This document shows, piece by piece, positions 14,456 through 24,493 of a DNA stretch of 64,000 bases (positions within the stretch are counted from its first letter, which is position 1; each line of letters starts with the position of its first letter). The notes under the pieces are model-generated. The model saw only the letters and a program-made list of their open reading frames with translations, was not told the DNA's origin and did not search any database. Source of the stretch: an uncultured Desulfurococcales archaeon (GTDB lineage: Archaea > Thermoproteota > Thermoprotei_A > EX4484-217-1); assembly GCA_964564025.1 (NCBI GenBank), contig CAZLZO010000002.1, positions 15,936 to 79,935 on the forward strand, written 5' to 3'. A program made the translations under genes and the position numbers.

Positions 14456-17400
14456 TTATGTTTCAACTTTAGCTTTTTCAGCATGAACTCTAACATACGG
14501 CTTGTTAAGCATCGTTAAAAGGTCTCTCAATACTTCAATGTAATTTAACTTACCCTTCTCTATAAGATTCATGGTCTCTTCAAGCTTTCTTGTGGTTTCC
14601 TCTGAAACAAGGTGCTTATAGTTTTTGTTAAGATATTCATATACTTTAATACCTAGAGTTGTTGGAACTAAATACTTGTTCTTACTTTCTATTACGTAAC
14701 CGTGCTTAAGTATGGAGGATAATATTTTAGCGTAAGTTGAAGGCCTACCTATTCCTCTATCTTTCATTAATTTAATTACGTCTCCCTGCCTATACAGGGA
14801 ATTTAATGAACCTTTCCACATTTTACAATCAACTATTCTTATTACTGATCCTTTGTTTACATTATTTAAGCTTAATACTTGCTGTATTGGAAGAATCTTG
14901 AGAAATCCTTCTTCAACGACTTTGCTTATAAACTCTACAGTCTTGGCATCCTCTCCGATCTTAACCGTTAACCTTACCTTTTCAACTATAGCAGATTTCA
15001 TTTGACTTGCAATAAATCTTCTGAATATGAGGTCATATACTTTGAAATGCGTATAAGTGAAGTTTGCAAAGGTCCTTAACGTTCCATTTAGTAAGAGTTT
15101 TTTAAGAGTTTCAGCATCATAGGGTTTTGTAGGCCTAATGCATTCATGTGTTCCTTCGGCACCCCAGTTTCTTAACTTTATAAGGTCATTACACTTTAAC
15201 GTATTGAATATGTATTCTTTAGCTACTTCAAACCCTGCGTTTGAAACATGCGTGCTATCTGTTCTATGGTATGTTATAAAGCCTGATTCAAAGAGGTCTT
15301 GAAGAACCCTCATAGCAAATTGAGCGTCTAATCTGTATTTACTAGTGAGCTCTGAAAGTAGAGTATTCGTTGTGTAAGGGGGTGGTGGGTTTATTTTCTC
15401 AATAAATGTCGTTTTTATTAAGATTAACGCGCCGTTTTTAACGTATTCTTTAATTAATGATTTATCAAAGTAAACATCATAATCAAATCTTACTTTTAAT
15501 CCGCCTTCTAAAATGTACTCGGCGAAGAGTCTTCTTGAGGCTTTCCATTTTTTGTGTTGTTTTATTATCCATCCTAGTACTGGTGTTTGTACTCTTCCTG
15601 CTGATAGCCAGTGTTTTCCGAAAACACCCCAAAGCCTCCTTGAAAGCTCAAAACCAATCCAACGATCCTCAACACGCCTAACAACCTGAGCCTCAACAAG
15701 AAACCTATCTATTTTTCGCGGGTTCGCTAAAGCCTTTATTATAGCCTTCCTCGTTATTTCGTGGAATTCTATTCTGAAAATGTTTTTTACGTAGGGTTTA
15801 AGTAGTAGCATGACGTCCCATGCTATTTTCTCACCTTCACTGTCAGGATCTGTTCCAATAAATACCATGTCAACTTCTTGAGCAAGCTTTCTTAGGGTAT
15901 CTATAATGCTTTTCGAATCAAATATTTTTGTTGAGCCGCATTTTGGACAAACAACGCTATTTAACGTATATTGATGGCCGCATTCTCTACATTTCTTTAT
16001 TGTAGTATATATGGGAGCTATAGTGTCGGAGTCTACAAGTACACCAAAATACCCCATGGTTGATGATGTTGTTAAGTCAAGTATGTGTCCTTTAGTAGCA
16101 ACTATAGATAACATGTAATCTTTTGATCCCAGCTTAGGATCTCCTACAAGTACTTCATAAACTACTACTCCATTTATTCTTCTTTTCGATGGTTTACCGA
16201 AGAAGTAGGCTATGGTTCTGGCTTTTGTTGGAGATTCAACAACAAATAAAGCGGGGATAATAGGGTCTTGGTATTTTGCTTCAATCTCTCCTCTCAATAT
16301 TTTTCTAATAACTTCCCTGTCTCTATCTATTTCATGAAGAATCTTGCTTAAATTGATTTCATCAAATTTCTTTATTTCAAAACTATCGATATAATACCTC
16401 AATTGCTTAATTAATTTCTTAAACACCTTTTCATCATCAACCAATATTATGCTAAGACCCTTCGTCATTCCGTTTGCAAACATTCTAGATGTTCTACCGC
16501 TAGCTTGAATATACGTCATAACATCCGGTGAGACTATGTAAGTTTTACCTTTAAATTCCCTAAGAATTAATAACTGTGATTTCTTCAGTTTATCCCTAAT
16601 AATTGAATCCGATATTTTGTTAAGAATGAATTTTTTTGCTTCAAGTATTATTTGCAAGAGCTTACCTAGGTACCCTTTAAGCTCTATGTTCTCGCTTATT
16701 GCTCTCCTTAGTATCTTTAATTCTTTAAAGCTAATTTTATCTAATGATTTTGATAGAATGTTAATGGTCTTCCTTATATATTTCAGTTCATCCTCGTTTT
16801 CAACAGCTTCTTCTAATGCTGTTAAGAGAACAATTATCTTTACAGGATTATTCAATCCCTTTTCTAATTCTATTTGAAACTTAGGAACCCCTAAGAAAAT
16901 AGCGTATCTTATTCTATCAGGTATGTCTATTCCTCTAACTATTACGCCATAGTAATTTGCGATGCCTACTAGTATGTCGGTTTTTCCTTCAACAAATCTT
17001 TTAATATAACCATGTCGTGAGGATGAAGCAAGCTCAGCTTTTATGCCGTTTTCCCTTAATTTTTCTACTAGCTTCCTAGCTTCCTTAACCCCTAGATCTT
17101 GAGATACGAATATTAATCCTCCATTTCCCAGCTTCTTAATTAATGAAATTACTTGTTTTACATAGTCTTTCTCTAAGGGCATGTATGTGTCTACAACGTT
17201 TCTCATATACTCTATTACTGTTCCAGCTTCGAACTTTAGAAGTTCTTTAAACATCTTAGCTTTAAGACCTTTACTTCTACCAGTAGCGCTGCATACAAGT
17301 ATTTGCCCTAATTTTGTTTCTTTAACATATTTTTCGATTTCCGCTTTATATTCTCTTATTTTTTCCCTTATCCTAGCTATTTTGTTTTCATTAGAGCCTG

Positions 17401-18163
17401 AAATTACAAGTTTAAAGAAGTCTATTTTACTTACTATGAGCTTGTATGCTATCTCAAGTATTCTATCATTAAATCCTATGAGCTTTAAAATTCTGTCTAT
17501 ATTTCTAGAGTTCCTAAGTAAAGCATCAACATCATCAACTATTATTAGCGAGAATCTATATGTTCCTATTTTTGCAAAGTTTTTTGAAAGATAAGCTGAT
17601 GTGGTTATGAGTAATTGGAAATTTCCAGTTTCCAGAAGATCTTCATTAATTATACCTGGTGAGCAAATGTTTAAGGTGATGCCAAGTTTGGAAACAAACT
17701 CCAAAGCTTTCTTCGTGACTTGGTCTTGAAGATTTTTCGTGGGAACTATGATGTATGCTCGGCTTTTACTTTTAAATGCATGGTATAGTGCATAAATTAT
17801 GGAAAACGTTGTTTTACCAACTCCCGTAGGAGCTATGATGGCAAAGCTTTCACCTTTCAAAAGCCTTTTAGCCCAAGTTCTTTGAGCACTCCAAGGCTTC
17901 TTTCCAGAAGCTTTACTAAAGAATACTTCGAACTCCTTAATGCTTCTTTCAATATTTAAAATTTCTTTGTAACCATAAAGTTTTTTTCTCGTTAAAAGAT
18001 TAATGTAGACATTTTCTTTTAAGGATAATTTATCTAATTTAACATGTTCTAAACCATTTAGGCAAACTCTACATGGAAGACCCTTTATTAGTCTCTCAGT
18101 ATCTATGAAACCCCCACAATTAGGGCAAGCATGTTCTATAATAGCGTAAGGCAAAATCGCCAC
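14456..18163 (-). CDS. rgy: Reverse gyrase
   Basis: 1235 aa. N-terminal zinc ribbon (CPNCGG...CRVC), helicase motifs (APTGVGKTT, DDVD) and a C-terminal type IA topoisomerase domain. GTG start. No intein (normal length). Confidence 0.95.
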   Translation of the reverse strand: MAILPYAIIEHACPNCGGFIDTERLIKGLPCRVCLNGLEHVKLDKLSLKENVYINLLTRKKLYGYKEILNIERSIKEFEVFFSKASGKKPWSAQRTWAKRLLKGESFAIIAPTGVGKTTFSIIYALYHAFKSKSRAYIIVPTKNLQDQVTKKALEFVSKLGITLNICSPGIINEDLLETGNFQLLITTSAYLSKNFAKIGTYRFSLIIVDDVDALLRNSRNIDRILKLIGFNDRILEIAYKLIVSKIDFFKLVISGSNENKIARIREKIREYKAEIEKYVKETKLGQILVCSATGRSKGLKAKMFKELLKFEAGTVIEYMRNVVDTYMPLEKDYVKQVISLIKKLGNGGLIFVSQDLGVKEARKLVEKLRENGIKAELASSSRHGYIKRFVEGKTDILVGIANYYGVIVRGIDIPDRIRYAIFLGVPKFQIELEKGLNNPVKIIVLLTALEEAVENEDELKYIRKTINILSKSLDKISFKELKILRRAISENIELKGYLGKLLQIILEAKKFILNKISDSIIRDKLKKSQLLILREFKGKTYIVSPDVMTYIQASGRTSRMFANGMTKGLSIILVDDEKVFKKLIKQLRYYIDSFEIKKFDEINLSKILHEIDRDREVIRKILRGEIEAKYQDPIIPALFVVESPTKARTIAYFFGKPSKRRINGVVVYEVLVGDPKLGSKDYMLSIVATKGHILDLTTSSTMGYFGVLVDSDTIAPIYTTIKKCRECGHQYTLNSVVCPKCGSTKIFDSKSIIDTLRKLAQEVDMVFIGTDPDSEGEKIAWDVMLLLKPYVKNIFRIEFHEITRKAIIKALANPRKIDRFLVEAQVVRRVEDRWIGFELSRRLWGVFGKHWLSAGRVQTPVLGWIIKQHKKWKASRRLFAEYILEGGLKVRFDYDVYFDKSLIKEYVKNGALILIKTTFIEKINPPPPYTTNTLLSELTSKYRLDAQFAMRVLQDLFESGFITYHRTDSTHVSNAGFEVAKEYIFNTLKCNDLIKLRNWGAEGTHECIRPTKPYDAETLKKLLLNGTLRTFANFTYTHFKVYDLIFRRFIASQMKSAIVEKVRLTVKIGEDAKTVEFISKVVEEGFLKILPIQQVLSLNNVNKGSVIRIVDCKMWKGSLNSLYRQGDVIKLMKDRGIGRPSTYAKILSSILKHGYVIESKNKYLVPTTLGIKVYEYLNKNYKHLVSEETTRKLEETMNLIEKGKLNYIEVLRDLLTMLNKPYVRVHAEKAKVET

Positions 18164-18185
18164 CTAAAACTTCGTTCAAGAAAGT

Positions 18186-18198
18186 CTATTTAAATAAG
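18186..18198. promoter_or_regulatory. Palindromic TATA box (TATTTAAATA) in the divergent rgy/nnr intergenic region
   Basis: Centred about 28 nt from the rgy GTG start, consistent with a leaderless transcript. It also lies about 50-60 nt upstream of the nnr ATG, which has a GAGG Shine-Dalgarno 8 nt upstream. Confidence 0.4.
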
Positions 18199-18246
18199 AG
18201 TTGAGAGGTAATAATACCGGCGAAATACTGAAGAGGTATTTTTGAG

Positions 18247-19752
18247 ATGATAACATCCACTGAAATGAGAATTTTAGAGCAAAACTCTGTAGCCTTAGGT
18301 ATTCCAACGAGATTACTTATGGAAAATGCAGGTGCTGCAGTAGCTAAAATTATTGTTAATAAATTTGGTAAACGAGGAAAAGCCGTAGTGTTTGCTGGAA
18401 AAGGAGGTAATGCTGGTGATGGATTTGTTGCTGCTAGGCACTTAGCTCAATTCGGTTTTAAAGTTGATGTAATTCTTCTTTACGATAAGGATGAAATCAA
18501 TAATGTTGATACTAAGGAGAACCTTAAGATTTTGGAGAAAATGAGTTCTTCAGTTAAATTGTTAAGGAGAACTATTGATGTTCTTGAACCTGTAAAAGCC
18601 GATATTATTATTGATGCCATATTGGGTGTTGGTGTTAAACCACCTTTAAGGGAACCTGTAAAAACAGCTATTGAAATATTGAATGAAAGTGTAGGTTACA
18701 AGGTTTCAGTAGATGTTCCTTCAGGTTTAAACCCAGATACTGGAGAAATAGCTGGAAATGCTGTTAAAGCAAACTTAACAGTGACTTTTCATGATACAAA
18801 ACCAGGTCTTATTAAGGCAAAAGAGTATGTAGGAGAACTTCATGTAGCGAAAATAGGTATTCCTCCAGAAGCCCGCCTATTTGTTGGTCCGGGCAATGTA
18901 ATGTTTGAAATACCTAGAAAGCCTCGAGATGCACATAAAGGCGTTGGAGGAAAAGTAGCTATCATTGGAGGTTCAGAAACTTATACGGGAGCACCTGCCT
19001 TAGCCGCTTTAGCTGCGTTAAGAACAGGCTCGGACTTAGCCTATGTTATAGCACCAGAGAAAACAGCATACGTTATTTCATCATTTAGTCCGAATATAAT
19101 AGCTATTAAGTATGAAGGAAAGCATTTATCCATAAATGTTCTCACAGAAATAACTAATTTACTCAACAAAGTAAACTCCATAGTTCTAGGCCCCGGGCTT
19201 GGAGTTCACAAAGACACAATCAAAGCTGTCATTGAAATAGCTAAGTATGCAGTAGATCAAGGTAAGTTTTTAATTCTAGATGCAGATGCGTTAAAAGCAA
19301 TAGCTTTAAAAGAGGTTTCATTTAATGGCAGAGCTATTTTAACTCCCCATTTAGGTGAGCTAGCAATGCTTGCCGACGTAAGCGTAAATGAGGCAAAAGA
19401 GAGAAGAGAAGAAGTTGTTAAGGAAGTTTCTAAGAAATACAATGCAGTAGTACTTTCTAAAGGACCCGTAGACATCATAGCATATTCTGATCAAATAATC
19501 TACAATAGAACAGGGAATCCTGGAATGAGTGTTGGAGGAACAGGAGACACTCTTTCAGGAATTATAGGTTCAATCTTAGCCAGAAGAGTTGATCCATTTA
19601 AAGCAGCTTATCTTGGAGCATTCATAAACGGCTTAGCCGGTGATTTAGCATACAAGACCTATGGAGAAAGAATCTTAGCAACAGACATTATAGATAAAAT
19701 ACCGGAGGTTCTTGAGAAACCTTTAGAATCATATGTAAGAGTTTATGGTTAA
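18247..19752 (+). CDS. nnr: Bifunctional NAD(P)H-hydrate repair enzyme (YjeF N-terminal epimerase plus C-terminal ADP-dependent dehydratase)
   Basis: The YjeF-N region reads GKGGNAGDGFVAARHL. The C-terminal carbohydrate-kinase-like domain reads GGSETYTGAPALAALAALRTGSDL...GGTGDTLSG. 501 aa. Confidence 0.85.
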   Translation: MITSTEMRILEQNSVALGIPTRLLMENAGAAVAKIIVNKFGKRGKAVVFAGKGGNAGDGFVAARHLAQFGFKVDVILLYDKDEINNVDTKENLKILEKMSSSVKLLRRTIDVLEPVKADIIIDAILGVGVKPPLREPVKTAIEILNESVGYKVSVDVPSGLNPDTGEIAGNAVKANLTVTFHDTKPGLIKAKEYVGELHVAKIGIPPEARLFVGPGNVMFEIPRKPRDAHKGVGGKVAIIGGSETYTGAPALAALAALRTGSDLAYVIAPEKTAYVISSFSPNIIAIKYEGKHLSINVLTEITNLLNKVNSIVLGPGLGVHKDTIKAVIEIAKYAVDQGKFLILDADALKAIALKEVSFNGRAILTPHLGELAMLADVSVNEAKERREEVVKEVSKKYNAVVLSKGPVDIIAYSDQIIYNRTGNPGMSVGGTGDTLSGIIGSILARRVDPFKAAYLGAFINGLAGDLAYKTYGERILATDIIDKIPEVLEKPLESYVRVYG

Positions 19753-19841
19753 ACAATTAATGCTGCATTTAAACAATAAAATTTATATCTAAGTACCTAG
19801 CCTAATGTCTATAGCTAAACAAAAACCATGGGGTTTAGGAT

Positions 19842-20132
19842 ATGTCGGCACAACCAACACCAAGCAATGTTGTTCTAGTAGGTAAAAAACCTGTAATGAA
19901 CTATGTTTTAGCAACACTAACCCTACTAAACCAAGGAGTAAACGAGGTAGTAATCAAGGCTAGAGGTAGAGCAATAAGTAAAGCAGTAGATACCGTGGAA
20001 ATCGTAAGAAATAGATTCTTAGCGGGTCAAGTGGATGTAAAGGATATTAAAATAGGAAGCCAAACAATACAGAATCCTGACGGCCGCCAATCTAGAGTGT
20101 CAACAATAGAAATAACGATTGTAAGGAAATAG
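19842..20132 (+). CDS. albA: Alba (Sso10b) DNA/RNA-binding chromatin protein
   Basis: [51 protein letters not shown] matches Alba almost along its full length. 96 aa. Confidence 0.9.
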   Translation: MSAQPTPSNVVLVGKKPVMNYVLATLTLLNQGVNEVVIKARGRAISKAVDTVEIVRNRFLAGQVDVKDIKIGSQTIQNPDGRQSRVSTIEITIVRK

Positions 20133-20160
20133 GCATAGCAAGAACTGTTAAAAGATAAAG

Positions 20161-20454
20161 TTGACGAAAAAAGAGGATGTACAGCGTTTTTCTCTTTTCT
20201 GCCCTACCACTTTATTTAACATTCTTAACAAAGCTAATTTTATAGAAGCTTCTTCCCCGATACCTTTAGAAAGACTTCATGATAGATTAGTTGCTCAAAC
20301 AATACTTAAAATAATATCTAAAAAATATTCTCGGGAAAATGCTTGCTTATTTCTCAAAGAAATCATTTCAAACGAGAACAATGCTATAATAAAAGATGTT
20401 GCTGCCTTAATATTACTGGTTCTTGACGATTTTGAAACAAAAATTATTATATAG
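20161..20454 (+). CDS. Questionable small ORF (97 aa)
   Basis: Only ORF in a 330-bp gap. No motifs and weak coding look. Confidence 0.2.
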   Translation: MTKKEDVQRFSLFCPTTLFNILNKANFIEASSPIPLERLHDRLVAQTILKIISKKYSRENACLFLKEIISNENNAIIKDVAALILLVLDDFETKIII

Positions 20455-20461
20455 CTTACGT

Positions 20462-20794
20462 TTATTCTTCTTCCTCATAAATTTCTATGAATATTCTTGC
20501 TTTAGCGCTCTTTTTCTTAAATGGTGGAGGAGTTTCTCCCAAGTCTACGGCAATAAAAACAGGGTTGCCTAGAGAGTCTTTAAATCTTACTTCCGCTACA
20601 AACTTCTTCTTAGGGCCTGCTTCGATAGATTTTATTAGTGCATCGTATATTCTTGAAAGTGCCATCTGCAAAGAAACAGGGCTTGAAAAATCCTCCGGTC
20701 TAAGCTGTATTTGAGTAAAGCTTCCATAAATTTCCCCTATTTTAGCTTCCCCATGAAAAACTGCAATTTTCTTTCTTTCTTCATTATTTTTCAA
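20462..20794 (-). CDS. Hypothetical protein with an acidic C-terminus
   Basis: 110-aa ORF with protein-like composition and no recognised family. Confidence 0.4.
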   Translation of the reverse strand: MKNNEERKKIAVFHGEAKIGEIYGSFTQIQLRPEDFSSPVSLQMALSRIYDALIKSIEAGPKKKFVAEVRFKDSLGNPVFIAVDLGETPPPFKKKSAKARIFIEIYEEEE

Positions 20795-20937
20795 TGTTAC
20801 CTACCTAACTTATGAAGAGAGTAGCTGCAATTTAAAGTTATCTTAAAACCAGTTTGTATCTTTTGGATTACCTATGGTTTGTTGAACCGAAGTCTTCTTT
20901 AATGAAATTATTGCTTATAGCATTTACGTGAGTAAGT

Positions 20938-21273
20938 GTGGAAAAAGATCACTGCCCATTTCTAAAATACGGACAATGCATAGTAGCTCCTCCTCAAATA
21001 GCATTTACCATCGTTAACTTTGAAAGATGCAAAAAATACTATAAGACGTGTAAGTACTACCTTAAACATACAGGTGCACTTACAGATTCTAAAGGAAAAC
21101 AAGGTTTACGCGATAAAAACAGGTCTTTATTACAGTTCATTGATAAGAGAGAGACTAAATTAGTTACTGTGGGGTATTATTCTAGTAGAAGCAATATGAG
21201 GGAGCGTAGAAAAAGCGAGAAACTGATAGCTAAGGTTCTTGAAATGTTATTAAAGGATTCTGAGGAATCTTAA
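20938..21273 (+). CDS. Hypothetical Cys4 small protein
   Basis: 111 aa. N-terminal HCPF..QC...ERC...TC cluster and a basic C-terminus. Confidence 0.35.
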   Translation: MEKDHCPFLKYGQCIVAPPQIAFTIVNFERCKKYYKTCKYYLKHTGALTDSKGKQGLRDKNRSLLQFIDKRETKLVTVGYYSSRSNMRERRKSEKLIAKVLEMLLKDSEES

Positions 21274-21613
21274 TAAATAATGTTTCGTTCTTTACTTTAA
21301 CAGTTATTTTGGAATTTACCTTTACCTCAGCTTTTAAGCTAAGAGATTTCAGTCTCCTTCTTATCCTAGATGCTATGTATTCTTTTAAATACTCTTTTAA
21401 GGCAGTGTATGGTTCCTTAACAGAATATGTAAAGCTATTTGTTTTCTTTAAAAACCCCATTTTGTGTAAGTGCTTAATGTCGCTTATTGCTGATTTTTTA
21501 CTTTCGAAAAGACTAAGTACTCTTAAAGCCTCTCCTAAGTTGAATTCTTGATTTCCAAAAACACTGTATAGGATAATGTATGTTGAAAGAATTTTCTTAT
21601 TAAGTTTCAACAT
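21230..21613 (-). CDS. Hypothetical protein
   Basis: 127-aa ORF. Confidence 0.35.
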   Translation of the reverse strand: MLKLNKKILSTYIILYSVFGNQEFNLGEALRVLSLFESKKSAISDIKHLHKMGFLKKTNSFTYSVKEPYTALKEYLKEYIASRIRRRLKSLSLKAEVKVNSKITVKVKNETLFIKIPQNPLITFQEP

Positions 21614-21616
21614 ACA

Positions 21617-21684
21617 TCACGCTCAGAGCCCGGTTCTCTATCACAGCTCTACGCTCTACCCTTACGAGCCTCATCATAGCGTAA
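21617..21684 (-). ncRNA. Candidate C/D box sRNA
   Basis: Locally GC-rich. On the minus strand: terminal stem ACGC...GCGT, C box ATGATGA (plus 21671-21678), 12-nt guide, degenerate D' (TAGA) and C' (GTGATAG), and D box CTGA (plus 21623-21626). Confidence 0.4.
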
Positions 21685-21703
21685 TTTAAATTCAACTTTA
21701 AAA

Positions 21704-22669
21704 TTATATAAACTGTTCATTAGCGTAGATAGAGACCTTAGCTATTAGCATGTTTTTAGCTAATAAGGCTCTACCCATGCCTCTGGTGTTAAATGAAGCA
21801 CCAACAAAGCCTTTACTATCCACAACTATTATTCCAGCGGTATCATTTCCATAAACTTCAGTTATGTACTCTATTGCTTTAACTGAAGCTTCGGTAGCTG
21901 TTAATCCTTTTTCTACATACCCTACAGTTCTTAAACATAGCATGGTCATTAAAATGTACTCGCCAATGCCTGTAGCTGAAGCTGCAGCATATTTGTTAGC
22001 ATAGAAGCCAGCACCTACTACGGGGCTATCACCTATTCTCCCAGGCATCTTAAGCCAGTAACCTCCAGTTGAAGTGGCTGAGGCAAGGCTTCCTTCACTA
22101 TCTAAAGCTACTGCACCTACGGTATCCGGCATAACTATGTTCCATTCTCTAATTAAACTGCGTAATTTAGATAGGTGCTTAAACCTTTTTCCTTCGAGAA
22201 AGTCTTTTAAAAGCCTTCGATACCTTTCCTTCTTAATGCTCACATATTTTTCATCTAAAGTTTCTAAACCATTTTTTAAACCTAATTTTTCAGCAAAGTC
22301 GCCAGCTAACAGTACATGATCTGTTTTTTCAAGTACAATTTTAGCTAATAATATGGGGTTTTTTATTTTCTTTATTAAAGCAACACCTGCTGCTTTAAAC
22401 AATTTTCCATCCATTACTCCAGCATCCATTTCTATTTCGCCCATAAGGTTAAGAACAGAGCCTTTACCAGCATTCATAACTTCACAATCCTCCATGGTTT
22501 TTACGGATTCCACTACAGCATCGACTGCTGAGCCTCTTCTAATAACATTATACCCGTTCGAAACAGCATCTTTTAGGCATGATCTATATTTTTTGAGATC
22601 GTCTTTACTTAATCCTAGGAATGACCCTGCTCCTCCATGAACTAAAACTATTGGCTTCTCGTACCTCAT
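21704..22669 (-). CDS. Isoaspartyl peptidase/L-asparaginase (plant-type Ntn hydrolase)
   Basis: The autoprocessing site DTVGAVALD is present, with HGGAG near the N-terminus and the Gly-rich GxGG region. 321 aa. Confidence 0.85.
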   Translation of the reverse strand: MRYEKPIVLVHGGAGSFLGLSKDDLKKYRSCLKDAVSNGYNVIRRGSAVDAVVESVKTMEDCEVMNAGKGSVLNLMGEIEMDAGVMDGKLFKAAGVALIKKIKNPILLAKIVLEKTDHVLLAGDFAEKLGLKNGLETLDEKYVSIKKERYRRLLKDFLEGKRFKHLSKLRSLIREWNIVMPDTVGAVALDSEGSLASATSTGGYWLKMPGRIGDSPVVGAGFYANKYAAASATGIGEYILMTMLCLRTVGYVEKGLTATEASVKAIEYITEVYGNDTAGIIVVDSKGFVGASFNTRGMGRALLAKNMLIAKVSIYANEQFI

Positions 22670-22748
22670 AATAAAATACCCTCTAAGAACTTAATGTGTA
22701 AGGTAAGTTTAAAGGTTACTAAGAAAATATCCTATAGAGCCAGGGAAA

Positions 22749-23540
22749 ATGCTGGGAAGCTATGCAGCAATAATTATTCCTGTTGAAAAGAATGTTCAAG
22801 AAAATTTACTTAAAGTATATAAGGTCATATTGCACTTAATTAGGGAAAACTATGAAACCTATTATTCGCTAAAACCTTTCACTATTAAAGTTTATGAGAG
22901 AGAAAGTAACATTAGACCCTATGTTAGAAGCTTCGGACTGAACACTTTCATAATAAAAGTTTATGATAAAGAGGAATTAGATCACCTGCTTGACGAGATC
23001 TCAGGTATTCGAGTAAACATTTCTTATGAGAAATTCTGGGTCAAAGGAAGAAGGATTATTGGAACCAAGGTATGTATTAAGAATGACTCACTAATATTAA
23101 AGAACCTATTACTCGAAGGCGGAATCGAAATAGACTGTGAAAATCCAAATGCCTATATCATGGTAATTAAGGATCCCACGAGCTTTATCGCATATTCGGA
23201 AACCATAACCACATGCATAAAAAGTATAGAGAAGCACTACATAAGTGAAATTTACATTACTAAACCATGGAACAGCATAGTTTATGGTTTACATTTAAAG
23301 GATGTAATTGATGATGTGAGAACGAAAGAGAACGAATACATCATTTGTAAAAATTCTTACTTTGAAGAACTCATTATGGCTTATGAGAGAAACGCATGGT
23401 TTCCAGTAGTTTCATACTCTGAAAGACCCTTGATAGTATGTGTAAATAACGTGTTTAAAAGTAGTAGTTTAAGTTATATAAGGTTAGTTATGAACACTAT
23501 ATTTTATGCACTTAGCTATTCTGTAAATGTAAGTGTTTAA
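22749..23540 (+). CDS. Hypothetical protein
   Basis: 263-aa ORF. Confidence 0.4.
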   Translation: MLGSYAAIIIPVEKNVQENLLKVYKVILHLIRENYETYYSLKPFTIKVYERESNIRPYVRSFGLNTFIIKVYDKEELDHLLDEISGIRVNISYEKFWVKGRRIIGTKVCIKNDSLILKNLLLEGGIEIDCENPNAYIMVIKDPTSFIAYSETITTCIKSIEKHYISEIYITKPWNSIVYGLHLKDVIDDVRTKENEYIICKNSYFEELIMAYERNAWFPVVSYSERPLIVCVNNVFKSSSLSYIRLVMNTIFYALSYSVNVSV

Positions 23541-23623
23541 GCAGCTTTCCTCTTATGTTATTTAAGGTTAAGTTAATATAATCGGTAATACCTATAATCA
23601 TTAGGGATTAAAGGGTCATTTAA

Positions 23624-24103
23624 ATGTCAAACATTATCGATATTGACCCATCCTTTTTAAAGTACATTAACAATCAAAGAGTAAAAATGCTTGAACTAAT
23701 AGTTAACGGCATAAATGACATTAATGAGTTATCTTATAGAATGTTTGTAGGTAAAAACATAGTTAAGCGACATGCTAAACTTTTAGAAAGTCTTGGGCTT
23801 GTTAAGTTAAGAAGTAATAGTATAGAGTTGAACATAACTCCTCGTAGCTTAGCTATTCTTTTAACGTTGAACATAATTTCCCTTAGCAAATTTTTCATGT
23901 TACTTAAAAAATATCTTCTATCAACGCTAAATAGAAAGTACAGAGTAGCTGAAGAAGACATAGTATTTCACTTTTTAAGCGATGGCGGTGTAATGATTGA
24001 GTCACATTACAAAATGAGCGAATATGTTAAAAACAAAATTGCTGAGCATCTCTTGAAAAACACAGAGTTTATTTATGTTAGCTTTCTAGATTCACTCAGA
24101 TGA
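23624..24103 (+). CDS. Putative winged-helix transcriptional regulator
   Basis: N-terminal HTH-like segment (RVKMLELIVNGINDINELSYRMFVGKNIVKRHAKLLESLGLVK). 159 aa. Confidence 0.4.
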   Translation: MSNIIDIDPSFLKYINNQRVKMLELIVNGINDINELSYRMFVGKNIVKRHAKLLESLGLVKLRSNSIELNITPRSLAILLTLNIISLSKFFMLLKKYLLSTLNRKYRVAEEDIVFHFLSDGGVMIESHYKMSEYVKNKIAEHLLKNTEFIYVSFLDSLR

Positions 24104-24157
24104 TGTCACCATCGGGTCCGAAGCCTACATCATATGTGGAACACCGACCTCTCTGAT

Positions 24158-24394
24158 TCATTTTCTCTTTTTACCTTTTATTCGTGGCTGAAGTAAAGGC
24201 TTCTTGGTTCCTCTAATTTTAGCTAAAACCCTAATTACTTCAATAGGCTTCTTCTTCCTAGAAGTTGGCCAAAGCCTCCACCTACATATTCCACAAGTCT
24301 TTATCCTAAATACTTTGCCTTCCCTGTTATCTCTAACTTCTAAAAGCCATCTAGCCCTGTGTTGGCCGCAAACTTCACAGTCTTTTCTGGCCAT
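24158..24394 (-). CDS. Small basic zinc-ribbon protein
   Basis: CEVCG...x24...CGIC with a Lys/Arg-rich C-terminal tail. 78 aa. Confidence 0.45.
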   Translation of the reverse strand: MARKDCEVCGQHRARWLLEVRDNREGKVFRIKTCGICRWRLWPTSRKKKPIEVIRVLAKIRGTKKPLLQPRIKGKKRK

Positions 24395-24493
24395 GTTCTT
24401 CTTGCCTCCTACTTCTTGCTAAATAGAGCATAGGTTAAAATATTCTTCCCTCAGATAATGTAAGCGATAAGTGCAGAATGGATTATTTAGGAG

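Noticed and set aside
14413-14496. Longer N-terminus of the 13870..14496 ORF
   Set aside because: It would overlap the 3' end of reverse gyrase by 41 nt on the same strand. The internal Met at 14412 is preferred.
14456-18163. Checked reverse gyrase for an intein, as in Methanocaldococcus rgy
   Set aside because: At 1235 aa the length is canonical and no LAGLIDADG or HN-C/S/T junction is present.
24158-24394. Considered ribosomal protein L40e/S27ae/L37ae for the basic zinc-ribbon protein
   Set aside because: The Cys spacing (CxxC-x24-CxxC) and flanking sequence do not match any of those families from memory, so it is left as a generic zinc-ribbon protein.
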